DNA of 64,000 nt from Terriglobia bacterium. Lineage in GTDB: Bacteria > Acidobacteriota > Terriglobia > Versatilivoradales > Versatilivoraceae. Below the pieces are notes generated by a model. That model saw only the letters and a list, made by a program, of their open reading frames with translations, was not told where the DNA came from and did no database searches. A program made the position numbers and the translations under genes. The stretch is taken from assembly GCA_963665655.1 (NCBI GenBank), contig OY762429.1, positions 248,161-312,160 on the forward strand. The letters are read 5' to 3'. Positions 9,841 to 18,626 of this stretch are shown here, one piece after another. Positions within the stretch are counted from its first letter, which is position 1, and every line of letters starts with the position of its first letter.

Positions 9841-10338
9841 TCAACTCGACTGCTCTCGGTAATAGAGCATCAGGTCCGTCCCCTGCGGGGTGGCGCCGAC
9901 CTGCCGCAGCATGGCGGCAATCTGTCCGCGGTGGTAGCTGGAGTGGTTGACGACGTGCAGCATCGCCCGCCAGAGCCGACTCGAGTCCCTGCTCCCCTGC
10001 GCGGTGGTCAAGGCGATGGATTGCTGCAGACTGGCGGCGTCCAGTCCATCGACGAAGCCGGCAAGGGCCCGATCGACTTCTACCCAGCGCCGGTTGGCCT
10101 CTTCGGGACTCGCAAAGGCTTCGGAGGGCAGGGGCCGGCTGGCCGACGGGCCTTGCCAACGTCTCAACCAGTTCCACTGGGCTGACACCAGATGCGCCAC
10201 CGTCCCCTGCAGTGAACCGAAACTGGCGCCCAGATTGCGCTTGAAGACTTCGGAATCCAAGTCCCGAATGGAATTCCTGACCCGCTCATTGGCCCACCCA
10301 TTGTAGGCATACAACTCCGTCAGATCCTCTATTCCCAT
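9841..10338 (-). CDS. DinB/YfiT family protein
   Basis: YNGWAN, SFGSLQGTVAHLV and HVVNHSSYHRGQIAAMLRQ are the His motifs of the DinB four-helix family. GGAGG RBS upstream. Confidence 0.9.
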   Translation of the reverse strand: MGIEDLTELYAYNGWANERVRNSIRDLDSEVFKRNLGASFGSLQGTVAHLVSAQWNWLRRWQGPSASRPLPSEAFASPEEANRRWVEVDRALAGFVDGLDAASLQQSIALTTAQGSRDSSRLWRAMLHVVNHSSYHRGQIAAMLRQVGATPQGTDLMLYYREQSS

Positions 10339-11263
10339 GCTCGCGGCCTCCCTTCAGGATCCCGTCACGCTCCCGCTTCCCGCCACGTTCGCTTCCTCAT
10401 TTAATGACGTTTTGCCGGTGTTGTAAACCCAAAGCGGCATGGCGGGACACCGGTCGGTCACACCGCTTCCTCGCCGTGCAGGTCATTCCAGAGTGAAATC
10501 GGTTGGTTTCCAACAAGTCCGGCCCCCGCCCCGGCGTGCGGATTATCCGAGAGTGAATCAATGAATCTTCATGGCCTAATTTTTGAACATGGATGCACAG
10601 GATAATCAGGACGGGATGGTGCTGCCGCCATGGCGTTCAAGGGTCTCCCAATCGGTTTCAGCGATAGCCTAGCGAAGACCGCCGCTTCTGGCGTGGCCTG
10701 TTCCCGAATCTCGGGTTGTCCAGGCCGGAAGCAAGCACTCGGTGCGGTCGAGATGTGGCTTTGTCCCACATCGACGACGATCCGTTCGACGCTCTCATGC
10801 ACTCGGGCGCCTCCGGTTTTCGGTCGATGAGCCACACAGTCTGAGCATGCCGCCACTTTGTCAGGTCTTCCCGGAGGGGCGCACTCCTGTATCGTTTCCT
10901 TGTGCGGAAACAACACGGAAGCATGACCTACAATGGCGGTTTCGTGGAAATTTGACTCATAAATTTGCTTCTGCCTGGATAGTTTTCGGGGGGAGGTGGG
11001 GGCTCCCGAGCATCCGCACACCGGTGCCGGTGTGAGATTAGGGGCACCATGGCGGGCTTTGCGGGTGTCCTACTCCTTTCTGGCCTCTGGCGATGTTGGT
11101 GGGAGAGAGCCCTTCCTGGTTCTGTTTCGGCGGTTCGGGTGTCAGTGGTGACTCGGCCTGAGTGCGGACGGACTCCCGGTGGTCCAGAATGTTGGGAGTA
11201 ATGATATACACTTTGCCAGCCAGAAAGGCGATGTGAGATCCACCCGAAAGAAAAGGAGAAGCC

Positions 11264-11725
11264 ATGAACAGAGTTGCAACCGCAATGGTCGCCGGGCTGG
11301 TCTGGATCCTGCCGGCGGCCGCAGACTCGAAGAAGGAGCCGGTTGTCGAATCCCTACAGATCAAGGTTGAGACGGACTCGAAGATGAGCCCACATTCGAC
11401 CGTCTTCAAGATGAAACTGAAACTGAGGAACCCAACCGACCAGAACCGGGTTTACCAAGCCAATATGGTCTTCAAGGATTCAGAGGGGTTCTTCGTCTTT
11501 GAGAATGGATTCCTGCCGAATAAACACAGCCGAGGCAATCCGTGTTTCACGGTTTCACACGGATTTTCAAACGTGGAATGCAACATGGCGGTGAAGGCAG
11601 GCCAAACCCGGGAATTCCTCTCCAATATGGAGTTGCCCCGGTTTGCAGCGGACAAGGTGGATCTGGACAAGTCAAAACTGGAATTCCGATCGACGGTGGC
11701 AAAGGACCAGCAACATGGAGAATGA
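11264..11725 (+). CDS. hypothetical secreted protein
   Basis: AAGGAGA RBS, signal peptide ending PAAA, beta-rich mature region with one Cys pair. No family recognised. Confidence 0.65.
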   Translation: MNRVATAMVAGLVWILPAAADSKKEPVVESLQIKVETDSKMSPHSTVFKMKLKLRNPTDQNRVYQANMVFKDSEGFFVFENGFLPNKHSRGNPCFTVSHGFSNVECNMAVKAGQTREFLSNMELPRFAADKVDLDKSKLEFRSTVAKDQQHGE

Positions 11726-12124
11726 TGTTGCTTTTGCTACTCTCGAGATCGTTTCCAACTTCTTCATGGGGATGCTCCCCCTCGCATTGCCGATTGCCCA
11801 CATTTTGTAACCGTTCGGTCAAGCCGTGGAGTCCATCCGCCGTCCGGGAGTCCGGGGCCGTCGATTAGATCCTGAGCCGGTCAAACATCTGGGTGATTTT
11901 GCGGTTGGTGCGGCCGGCCAAGTCTGGCACGTGTTAGGAGAAGTTGACGTGAAGGGTCATTCTTATCGGAAGCGGTAAGGGGCTGTGAGGTGATTGCCTT
12001 CACTGCGCATGCTGACACTAAATCGGAAATCTGGCGACCTTTCCATCACCGAGAATGAATAGGTGAGTATCCGAGACACCGATGCGCGTGGGAAGCATTT
12101 GCCCACCCGGCAAGTGCTCGGTTT

Positions 12125-12418
12125 TTAATTCTTCAGGGGACCATAAGCCTCCCACTGCGCTAGAGAATTGTGGTTCGTTGACAACTCCTTGATGGTTGCT
12201 GTAGTAGGCCGAAACAACATCGTTCCGGCGATGTAAAAGATCTTGCCATTGTTGAGGCAGAAAGACTCGGCAGTCTCAAAACCAATGACTTTCAGCAATT
12301 CCCCCTGTGGACTAAAGACAGTGCAGACCGGTACCCTGCCGATGCACGGGAAGCTGACTCCGGCGATGATCGCGGGCGGATTTGCAGATGTCCAGGACGA
12401 CAATCCAGCCGACTCCAA
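12125..12418 (-). pseudogene. possible C-terminal remnant of a beta-propeller-like protein
   Basis: AT-richer ORF with a propeller-blade-like segment (VCTVFSPQGELLKVIG...NNGKIFYIAG). Its 5' end abuts a repeat at 12424 and it has no convincing start or RBS. Confidence 0.3.
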
Positions 12419-12423
12419 AAAAA

Positions 12424-12790
12424 ATCCTGTGCATCCTGTGCATCCACGTCAATAAACCATCTACCCACGCGTGACTTGGAACCGGTTTCCTGCCACCAGG
12501 CGCAGGCGTTTGTTTCAAGGCCAGAAAGCAGAGCACGCCGGTCAGATTCTTAAGAGGACAGCCGGACAAGGAGAGCTGGGGCGCCGTTTTCGGTCGATCC
12601 GGGCTGGGGAGTGGGGCCGGGCTGCGGCCGGACTGGGGCGGGCGGGACGCCCGCGCTCCCGGGAGGTCCTCCTCCCATCACTCTTGCCCCTCAAGCCAAC
12701 GCGCCAACTTGCCGGGACTCAGCCCGTGTCGATGCAGCAAAGCCGTCCCGCTTGGTGTCCCTTCGTCATCCTTCGTGGCCCTTCGTGGAT
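12424..12790. repeat. composite intergenic repeat: 9-mer tandem, REP-like palindrome and 10-mer tandem
   Basis: ATCCTGTGC x2 (12424-12441), palindrome GCGGGCG-GGA-CGCCCGC (12638-12654) followed by GCTCCC, and CTTCGTnnnn x3 (12761-12790). Confidence 0.6.
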
Positions 12791-12838
12791 ATCTTTATTT
12801 TAGCCACTCGTGACGTTCGTGGACCTCTTCCGGCGAAA

Positions 12839-12867
12839 TTGACAGCGCTGGAGGACACTGCTAGCAT
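12839..12867 (+). promoter_or_regulatory. putative sigma70 promoter for the TPR protein-dgt operon
   Basis: TTGACA-N17-TAGCAT with extended TG, 78 nt upstream of the TTG start at 12946. Confidence 0.65.
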
Positions 12868-12945
12868 GGGTTCGTTCCAGTAGTTCTCCGCACCGCGGGC
12901 GACTATTCCGCCGACAGTTGAATTCGACAACCCCGGGAGAATCTC

Positions 12946-13662
12946 TTGGCCCGACTTACCCGACATGAAATTCTGAAGGAAGACCGCTTCATGATGTTGG
13001 TGGATGAGACCCGCCACTTCTTCATCAACAATCGTTCCGAAATCCTGCGTGGCCTGGCGGCCGTCGGAGTCGTAGCCGCTCTGGTGGCGGGCTACTACTA
13101 CTACTCGGCCAAACAGGAGGAGCATTCCAAAGACGAGTTGGCCCGAGCCCTGGCGACCTACCACGCAATGGTCGGCAAGACCGAGTCGTCCGGATTGAAG
13201 GCTCCGGTTTTCTTCGAGACGCCCACTCAGAAATATGAACAGGCCCTGTCGGAGCTCCAGGAGGTCATTTCCCGGCACAACTCCAGGGCCGCCGGCAAGA
13301 TTGCCACCTATTACTCGGGGCTTTGTCTCCACCGGCTCGACAGGAGCTCGGAGGCCGTGTCGCTGCTTGAACCTCTCAGTCGGGAGCAGTCGGACTTCGG
13401 CGCACTGGCGCTGGCAGCCCTGGCAAGGATTTACGAGGACACCGCAGACCTGGCCAAGGCGACCGAGGTCTATCAGCAGTTGGTTGAGCTCAATGCCTTG
13501 ACAACGCCCGGAGAAACCCTGGCAATGCAGGCGGCCCTCCTTTACGAGCAGCAGAACCGGAAGGAGCAGGCCGCCGAGATGTACCAAAGGGTCATCGACG
13601 AATTCCCCACTTCACCTGCCTCTACCGAAGCCGAGCAGCGGTTAAGGAAAATTGATCCCTGA
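12946..13662 (+). CDS. YfgM-like single-pass membrane tetratricopeptide repeat protein
   Basis: MARLTRHEILKEDRF N-terminus, one TM helix, TPR helices (ATYYSGLCL, EMYQRVIDEFPTS). TTG start after GGAGA. Confidence 0.85.
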   Translation: MARLTRHEILKEDRFMMLVDETRHFFINNRSEILRGLAAVGVVAALVAGYYYYSAKQEEHSKDELARALATYHAMVGKTESSGLKAPVFFETPTQKYEQALSELQEVISRHNSRAAGKIATYYSGLCLHRLDRSSEAVSLLEPLSREQSDFGALALAALARIYEDTADLAKATEVYQQLVELNALTTPGETLAMQAALLYEQQNRKEQAAEMYQRVIDEFPTSPASTEAEQRLRKIDP

Positions 13663-14711
13663 TGGTTGAGACCCTTCGTCAACGGGCGGAGGAGCACGAG
13701 GCCCAAACCCTGGCCCCTCAAGCAACCCTCAGCATGCGGACTCGAGGCCGCCGGAAGGACGAGTCTGCCTGTGCCGTCCGAACCGCCTTTCAGCGCGACC
13801 GCGACCGCATCCTTCATTCCAAGGCATTTCGGCGCTTGAAGCACAAGACCCAGGTGTTCCTTTCACCAGAGGGTGACCACTACAGGACCCGCCTGACCCA
13901 TACCCTGGAAGTTACCCAAATCGCCAGAACCGTCAGCCGGGCACTGCGACTGAACGAGGACCTCACCGAGGCCATAGCGCTGGGGCATGACCTGGGACAC
14001 ACCCCCTTTGGGCATGCCGGTGAAGCCATATTGGATGAGCTTGCGCCCGGCGGTTTTCGCCACTACCGCCAGAGCCTGAGGGTTGTGGACACGTTGGAGC
14101 AGGAGGGACGGGGGTTGAACCTGTGCTGGGAAGTGAGGGACGGAATCCTCAAGCACTCCAAGGGCGCGGGCGCGGTGTTCACCAGCCGGGACAAGGGAGG
14201 CCCTTCAACCCTGGAAGGTCAGGTGGTCCGAGTTTCCGACGTGATCGCCTACGTGAACCACGACCTGGACGATGCCCTGCGGTCGGGGCTGATTCGGGAG
14301 TCCGACATCCCGGAGGAGTTGACGACGGCCTTGGGTAAAAGCCACTCGCTACGAGTCGACACCCTGGTCCGTGACGCGATTCGCTCCAGCCTGGAAACCA
14401 ATCTTCAGATCATTTCCATGAGCCCCCCGACCCTGCAGGCGATGATGGAAATGAGGCGCTTTCTCTATCGGACAGTCTACGCGCGCAGCATTCCCAAGGA
14501 AGAACTGCTCAAGGCCAAGAAGCTCTTGAGCGATATCTACCACCATCTGTTGGCCCATCCCGATTGCATTCCGGAGGGTTTTCGGCGGCCTGAAGTCGGC
14601 GCCGAGCGCGCCACCGTCGATTTTGTCGCAGGGATGACCGATCGCTTTGCCCTGAAACTTTACGACAGCCTGTTCCTGCCGAGAGGTTGGAGCACTCGAA
14701 CGACCCATTGA
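13662..14711 (+). CDS. dgt: deoxyguanosinetriphosphate triphosphohydrolase-like HD protein
   Basis: RTAFQRDRDRILHSKAFRRLKHKTQVF, RTRLTHTLEV, LGHDLGHTPFGHAGE and DFVAGMTDRFA. Start overlaps the upstream stop (TGATG). Confidence 0.93.
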   Translation: MVETLRQRAEEHEAQTLAPQATLSMRTRGRRKDESACAVRTAFQRDRDRILHSKAFRRLKHKTQVFLSPEGDHYRTRLTHTLEVTQIARTVSRALRLNEDLTEAIALGHDLGHTPFGHAGEAILDELAPGGFRHYRQSLRVVDTLEQEGRGLNLCWEVRDGILKHSKGAGAVFTSRDKGGPSTLEGQVVRVSDVIAYVNHDLDDALRSGLIRESDIPEELTTALGKSHSLRVDTLVRDAIRSSLETNLQIISMSPPTLQAMMEMRRFLYRTVYARSIPKEELLKAKKLLSDIYHHLLAHPDCIPEGFRRPEVGAERATVDFVAGMTDRFALKLYDSLFLPRGWSTRTTH

Positions 14712-14814
14712 CCGGAAAGCGGCGGGCGGCGGGCGCAGGAGTGGGTTCGCCCTGGCGGGGGAAATGCCCCTCGAGGATCTCCGGTGGGATTTGTTCAGGG
14801 GACCGATGCGGCCA

Positions 14815-15462
14815 TCAGGCCCCATAGCGGACAAAGACCTTGCCCGGCACCAACTCGATGCTCCGTATATTGAAGGGGAGATCAAAATCGGTGTTGGGCC
14901 CCGCTCCGGGATACTTGGGAAGCACGTATTGATTCAGCAGCAAATCGATCAAAACCCTGGGGATCTCCTGGTCGTCGATCCGGATCCCCAGGATATCGTA
15001 GCGCCCCAGCCCGTTCTCGCCTGTCAGTTTGCCGGACACCTCCACCCAGTGTTCCCCCTGCAGCAGCGCCCACACCAGGGACCTGCGGGCAGCGGCGGAA
15101 TCGGCCTGCATTTCATCGAAGTCTACCAGCGCCCGGGCGGAAAGCCGGTCCCGCTGAAAGCGGAAACGGATCTGTCTCACTCCCTGGGGGTAGTGCTGTG
15201 AAATCTCCTGTTGAAGGAAGGCATCGATCTCGGCTTCGGTGAACTCGGCCTGCCCTCCGGCGGAACCTGCCGGCGGCAGGGCAATGGCCGCCAGCTTTTT
15301 GGCAAACGCCCGGGCCTCGGTCCGATTCCCCGCCGAGGCGGGTCCGGATGCTTCCGAGGGAGCGCGAAGAAACCGCCAGGCGCCCGCCCCCAGCAGAAGC
15401 AGACCCAACAAAGAAAGAGCCGTTCGTCTCCCCATCTGGTGCCTGCTGCTCCCCGTTTTCAT
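14815..15462 (-). CDS. hypothetical membrane-anchored protein
   Basis: ATGA overlap with the lepB stop, N-terminal TM helix, beta-rich C-terminal domain. Confidence 0.7.
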   Translation of the reverse strand: MKTGSSRHQMGRRTALSLLGLLLLGAGAWRFLRAPSEASGPASAGNRTEARAFAKKLAAIALPPAGSAGGQAEFTEAEIDAFLQQEISQHYPQGVRQIRFRFQRDRLSARALVDFDEMQADSAAARRSLVWALLQGEHWVEVSGKLTGENGLGRYDILGIRIDDQEIPRVLIDLLLNQYVLPKYPGAGPNTDFDLPFNIRSIELVPGKVFVRYGA

Positions 15463-16256
15463 CCCACCAGCTTGAAAGTCCGATTCCAACGGGTCTTGCG
15501 AAAAAAGTTCAACAGGACATCCGCGAACCGACCGGTTCGGTCTGAAAGCGAATCGTGCAGGTGTTGCCTGGGCCCCGTCTCGAACGACCAATAGATGATG
15601 AATGCTCTGCCCACGATGTTTTTCCGAGGCACGAATCCCCAATATCGACTGTCGGCGCTATTGTCCCGGTTGTCGCCCATGGCGAAGTATCGGCCGGGAG
15701 GGACCACGACGACCCGGCCATCGGTAAATTCCTTGAAATACCGGTAGGCCAGGTGAATATCACGGGCTTGATTGTAGTTGGCGAAGCGATTGATCTGGTC
15801 CTCGCTAAGCGGAAAGGTGTCTCTGATTTCCACATCGCTGCGTCCGGGACGCTTATGGAACACATAGGGCTCGGCCACGTGGCTGCCGTTTCGGTACAAC
15901 CGCTGGTTTTCCATGCGGATGCGATCTCCCGGCAGCCCGATGGCCCGCTTGACGTAGTGCTTGGAGGGATCTTCCGGATAGCGGAATACAATGACGTCGC
16001 CGTGCTTCACCTGCTGGAACGGAAGCAGCGGCTTCAGCCATCCCCCCGGGTGGCCATAGACGAACTTGTTGACCAGAAGGTGGTCTCCAACCAGTAGATT
16101 GTCCTCCATGGAGGGCGTAGGAATCTTGAATGCCTGGACCACGAAGGTCGTTCCGAAAAGCGCCAGAACGATGGTCACCACGAAACTTTCGAAATATTCA
16201 CGCAGGGTCGATTGCCTGGGTGGGTGATCGGCGTTATTGGAATTCACGGTTTCCAC
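15459..16256 (-). CDS. lepB: signal peptidase I
   Basis: VQAFKIPTPSMEDNLLVGDHLLVNK, YVKRAIGLPGD, YFAMGDNRDNSADSRYWGFVP. Confidence 0.96.
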   Translation of the reverse strand: METVNSNNADHPPRQSTLREYFESFVVTIVLALFGTTFVVQAFKIPTPSMEDNLLVGDHLLVNKFVYGHPGGWLKPLLPFQQVKHGDVIVFRYPEDPSKHYVKRAIGLPGDRIRMENQRLYRNGSHVAEPYVFHKRPGRSDVEIRDTFPLSEDQINRFANYNQARDIHLAYRYFKEFTDGRVVVVPPGRYFAMGDNRDNSADSRYWGFVPRKNIVGRAFIIYWSFETGPRQHLHDSLSDRTGRFADVLLNFFRKTRWNRTFKLVG

Positions 16257-16274
16257 GATAAAGGAATTCTCCCG

Positions 16275-17051
16275 CTAGCCTTTTGCAAAATCCGTCGTGC
16301 AGCGCCGGTATTCACGTCCCCTGCCTGCGGAATGTTTCAAAAGGCTCCCGCGGCTGGTCCGTCGCTCTACTTTTTTCAGGGCCTGGCGGGCCGCGTCCTG
16401 CTCGGCGCTCTTCTTGGTCTCACCCCGACCTTGAGCCGTCGGCTCGCCCCCGATGGTCAATCGCACGCAAAATTTTCGTTGATGATCGGGCCCGGACTCG
16501 TCGATGACGGAGTATACAGGCGGCTGTTCCCGGAGGGATTGCAATTTCTCCTGCAGCCTGGACTTGTAATTGCTGGAGACGAAGCGCCCCGACCGGATGT
16601 CCCCCAACTCATCCTCCAACTGCCTCACCACCAACCTGCGGGCTGCTTCCATCCCTCCATCCAGATACACTGCCGCCACCAAGGCCTCGGTCGCATCCAC
16701 CAGCACAGCCTGTTTCTTGCGGCCGCCGCTGTTCTCTTCGCCTTTTCCCAATCTGAGGAATCGGCCCAGTTGGAGGGCGTAGGCCGAGCGAAACAAACTG
16801 CTGGAACTGACCAACTGGGCTCTGAGCTTGGAAAGTCGGCCCTCGGAGAAATCGGGGTGATTCACCAGCAGATATTCGCTAACCACGAAGCCAATGATGG
16901 TATCTCCCAGGAACTCCAACTGCTCGTTGTCTCCCTGCTCGAGCCGGCATTCATTGGCAAAGGAGCTGTGGGTCAGGGCTCTGACCAGCAGGGACCGATC
17001 CTTGAATGCGTACTCGATTCGCTCCTCCAGGTTCTCGAGCGGGTGTTCCAT
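16275..17051 (-). CDS. rnc: ribonuclease III
   Basis: ALTHSS, NEQLEFLGD signature, DATEALVAAVYLDGG, C-terminal dsRBD (NYKSRLQE...GPDH...KKSAEQDAA). Confidence 0.96.
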   Translation of the reverse strand: MEHPLENLEERIEYAFKDRSLLVRALTHSSFANECRLEQGDNEQLEFLGDTIIGFVVSEYLLVNHPDFSEGRLSKLRAQLVSSSSLFRSAYALQLGRFLRLGKGEENSGGRKKQAVLVDATEALVAAVYLDGGMEAARRLVVRQLEDELGDIRSGRFVSSNYKSRLQEKLQSLREQPPVYSVIDESGPDHQRKFCVRLTIGGEPTAQGRGETKKSAEQDAARQALKKVERRTSRGSLLKHSAGRGREYRRCTTDFAKG

Positions 17052-17069
17052 GGCCGGAATTACTCGACT

Positions 17070-18587
17070 TCACTTGGGTTGGAAGGGTTCCAGCAATCCG
17101 CTCCGGGCAACGGCCTGGGCACCCCGTGTATCGTCGCCCAGGGCAACGGCAGCCCGGTACTGCAGAATGGCCTCCTCCCTGTCGTCGTCCAGATCAAAAA
17201 GTCTTCCCAGATAGATGTAAGCCCATACCTTGACCGAGTCCGGACAGGAATCCGAGGCCACCGTTCTACCGAAATAATCCCTGGCCGCATTCTTGTCACC
17301 GCGGCTGACGGCCACGATGCCCAATCCGTACAAGGCCTGGCCATTACGAGAGTCGTGCCGATCCAACACCAGATTGAACAGCTCGGCGGCCCGCTCCAAC
17401 TCGTCGCTTCCCAGGCTGGACCTGGCCTGGCGAATCAGGCGCTCCACTTCCGTCAGCCGATTCGCCGGGGCCGTCTCCCCGGGCGTTGAACTGCCAGCCG
17501 CCTGCCGGGCTGTCCGAACCGCGGCAATGTCCATCCCCGAGAGCAGCGTTCGATAATACAGTTGAAATCCTTCGAATTCCTTCTCAAACCGTTGCAGGGC
17601 GGAAAAAAAATGGGGGCACAACAGGGCTCCCGAGCGAACAGCCTCATTCAAGGAGGCCTCGGCCTGCTCTTGCGGCAAGCGATCGAGCCTCATCTCCACT
17701 GCCTTGATGAGGCTTTCGGTAACCATCTCCTGCACCCCTTGCCCGGCGCTCTCCGGATGCTCGTTCCCAGCCAGCATGATCTCGTTCAGAGCCTTTCTCT
17801 GTTCAACCGGCAGCGGATATCTGGCGGCAAAGGGATCGAGCAGGAAGTGCAGAAACTGATGGCGAATTCCCGAAATACCGGAAGACTTGGATGGACTGAA
17901 GAGAAAGTAGTAGCTGCTCTGGTAGGTTCGTGCATGGAACGTATTGGGGGGAACCAGGTAATCCGGCACCAGGACCAATTGCCGCCCTCGGTAGACTCCG
18001 GACCGCATCCTGAGATATCCCTCCGTGGTCATGATCATCCGATTGATCAATGGGCGGTATTCCAGGACGGCCCGATCATGAAGGTACTTGTACCGGCTCC
18101 AGACCGATTCAACTCTTGCCTTGGCGTAGAACTCCCCCAGCAGACTCGTCAGTTCGGCTACCGAACTGGCGTCGGGAGGCATCTGACCCGGCGCCAGAAG
18201 CGGCTTGAACTCGGGAGGGCCATCGATGACGAACGCCAGCGAAATATATTTGGTCAGTTCCTTTCGTGGATCTTCTCCTCTGCGACGGGACTCGTAAAAA
18301 TTCTTCAAGCGTGCTTTCAGGCCGGCGGGCAGATTACGAAATTCCCGGGCGATCGGGAGCCCGGCCGGATGAAGCAAGAGCGAGCCCTCATCGAATCCGG
18401 CGGCCCGCAGTGCCCCCAGAACGGTAAACACCCGAATATCGGGCTGAATCAGAATCGAAGGTATTTGGGCCTGGCCCGTGCCAGTTGATGCCAGCAACAG
18501 GATCAGCATTCCGAAGATGCGAACCCCATCCCACAACATTGGCGACAAAAGACTTGTGGACCGGATTGAAAATAAATGGCCGTTCAT
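17070..18587 (-). CDS. exported protein with C-terminal TPR repeats (start uncertain)
   Basis: Signal-like LILLLASTGTGQA, C-terminal TPR motifs (ALYGLGIVA, WAYIYLGRLFDL). Upstream of and co-oriented with rnc. Confidence 0.75.
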   Translation of the reverse strand: MNGHLFSIRSTSLLSPMLWDGVRIFGMLILLLASTGTGQAQIPSILIQPDIRVFTVLGALRAAGFDEGSLLLHPAGLPIAREFRNLPAGLKARLKNFYESRRRGEDPRKELTKYISLAFVIDGPPEFKPLLAPGQMPPDASSVAELTSLLGEFYAKARVESVWSRYKYLHDRAVLEYRPLINRMIMTTEGYLRMRSGVYRGRQLVLVPDYLVPPNTFHARTYQSSYYFLFSPSKSSGISGIRHQFLHFLLDPFAARYPLPVEQRKALNEIMLAGNEHPESAGQGVQEMVTESLIKAVEMRLDRLPQEQAEASLNEAVRSGALLCPHFFSALQRFEKEFEGFQLYYRTLLSGMDIAAVRTARQAAGSSTPGETAPANRLTEVERLIRQARSSLGSDELERAAELFNLVLDRHDSRNGQALYGLGIVAVSRGDKNAARDYFGRTVASDSCPDSVKVWAYIYLGRLFDLDDDREEAILQYRAAVALGDDTRGAQAVARSGLLEPFQPK

Positions 18588-18626
18588 TCTGAATCCAGCG
18601 CCCTGGTGAGAAACGCGGGTTTGAAC

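Noticed and set aside
10876-10884. GTGCGCCCC on the minus strand resembling a group II intron 5' end
   Set aside because: No domain V/VI motif downstream and no reverse transcriptase ORF.
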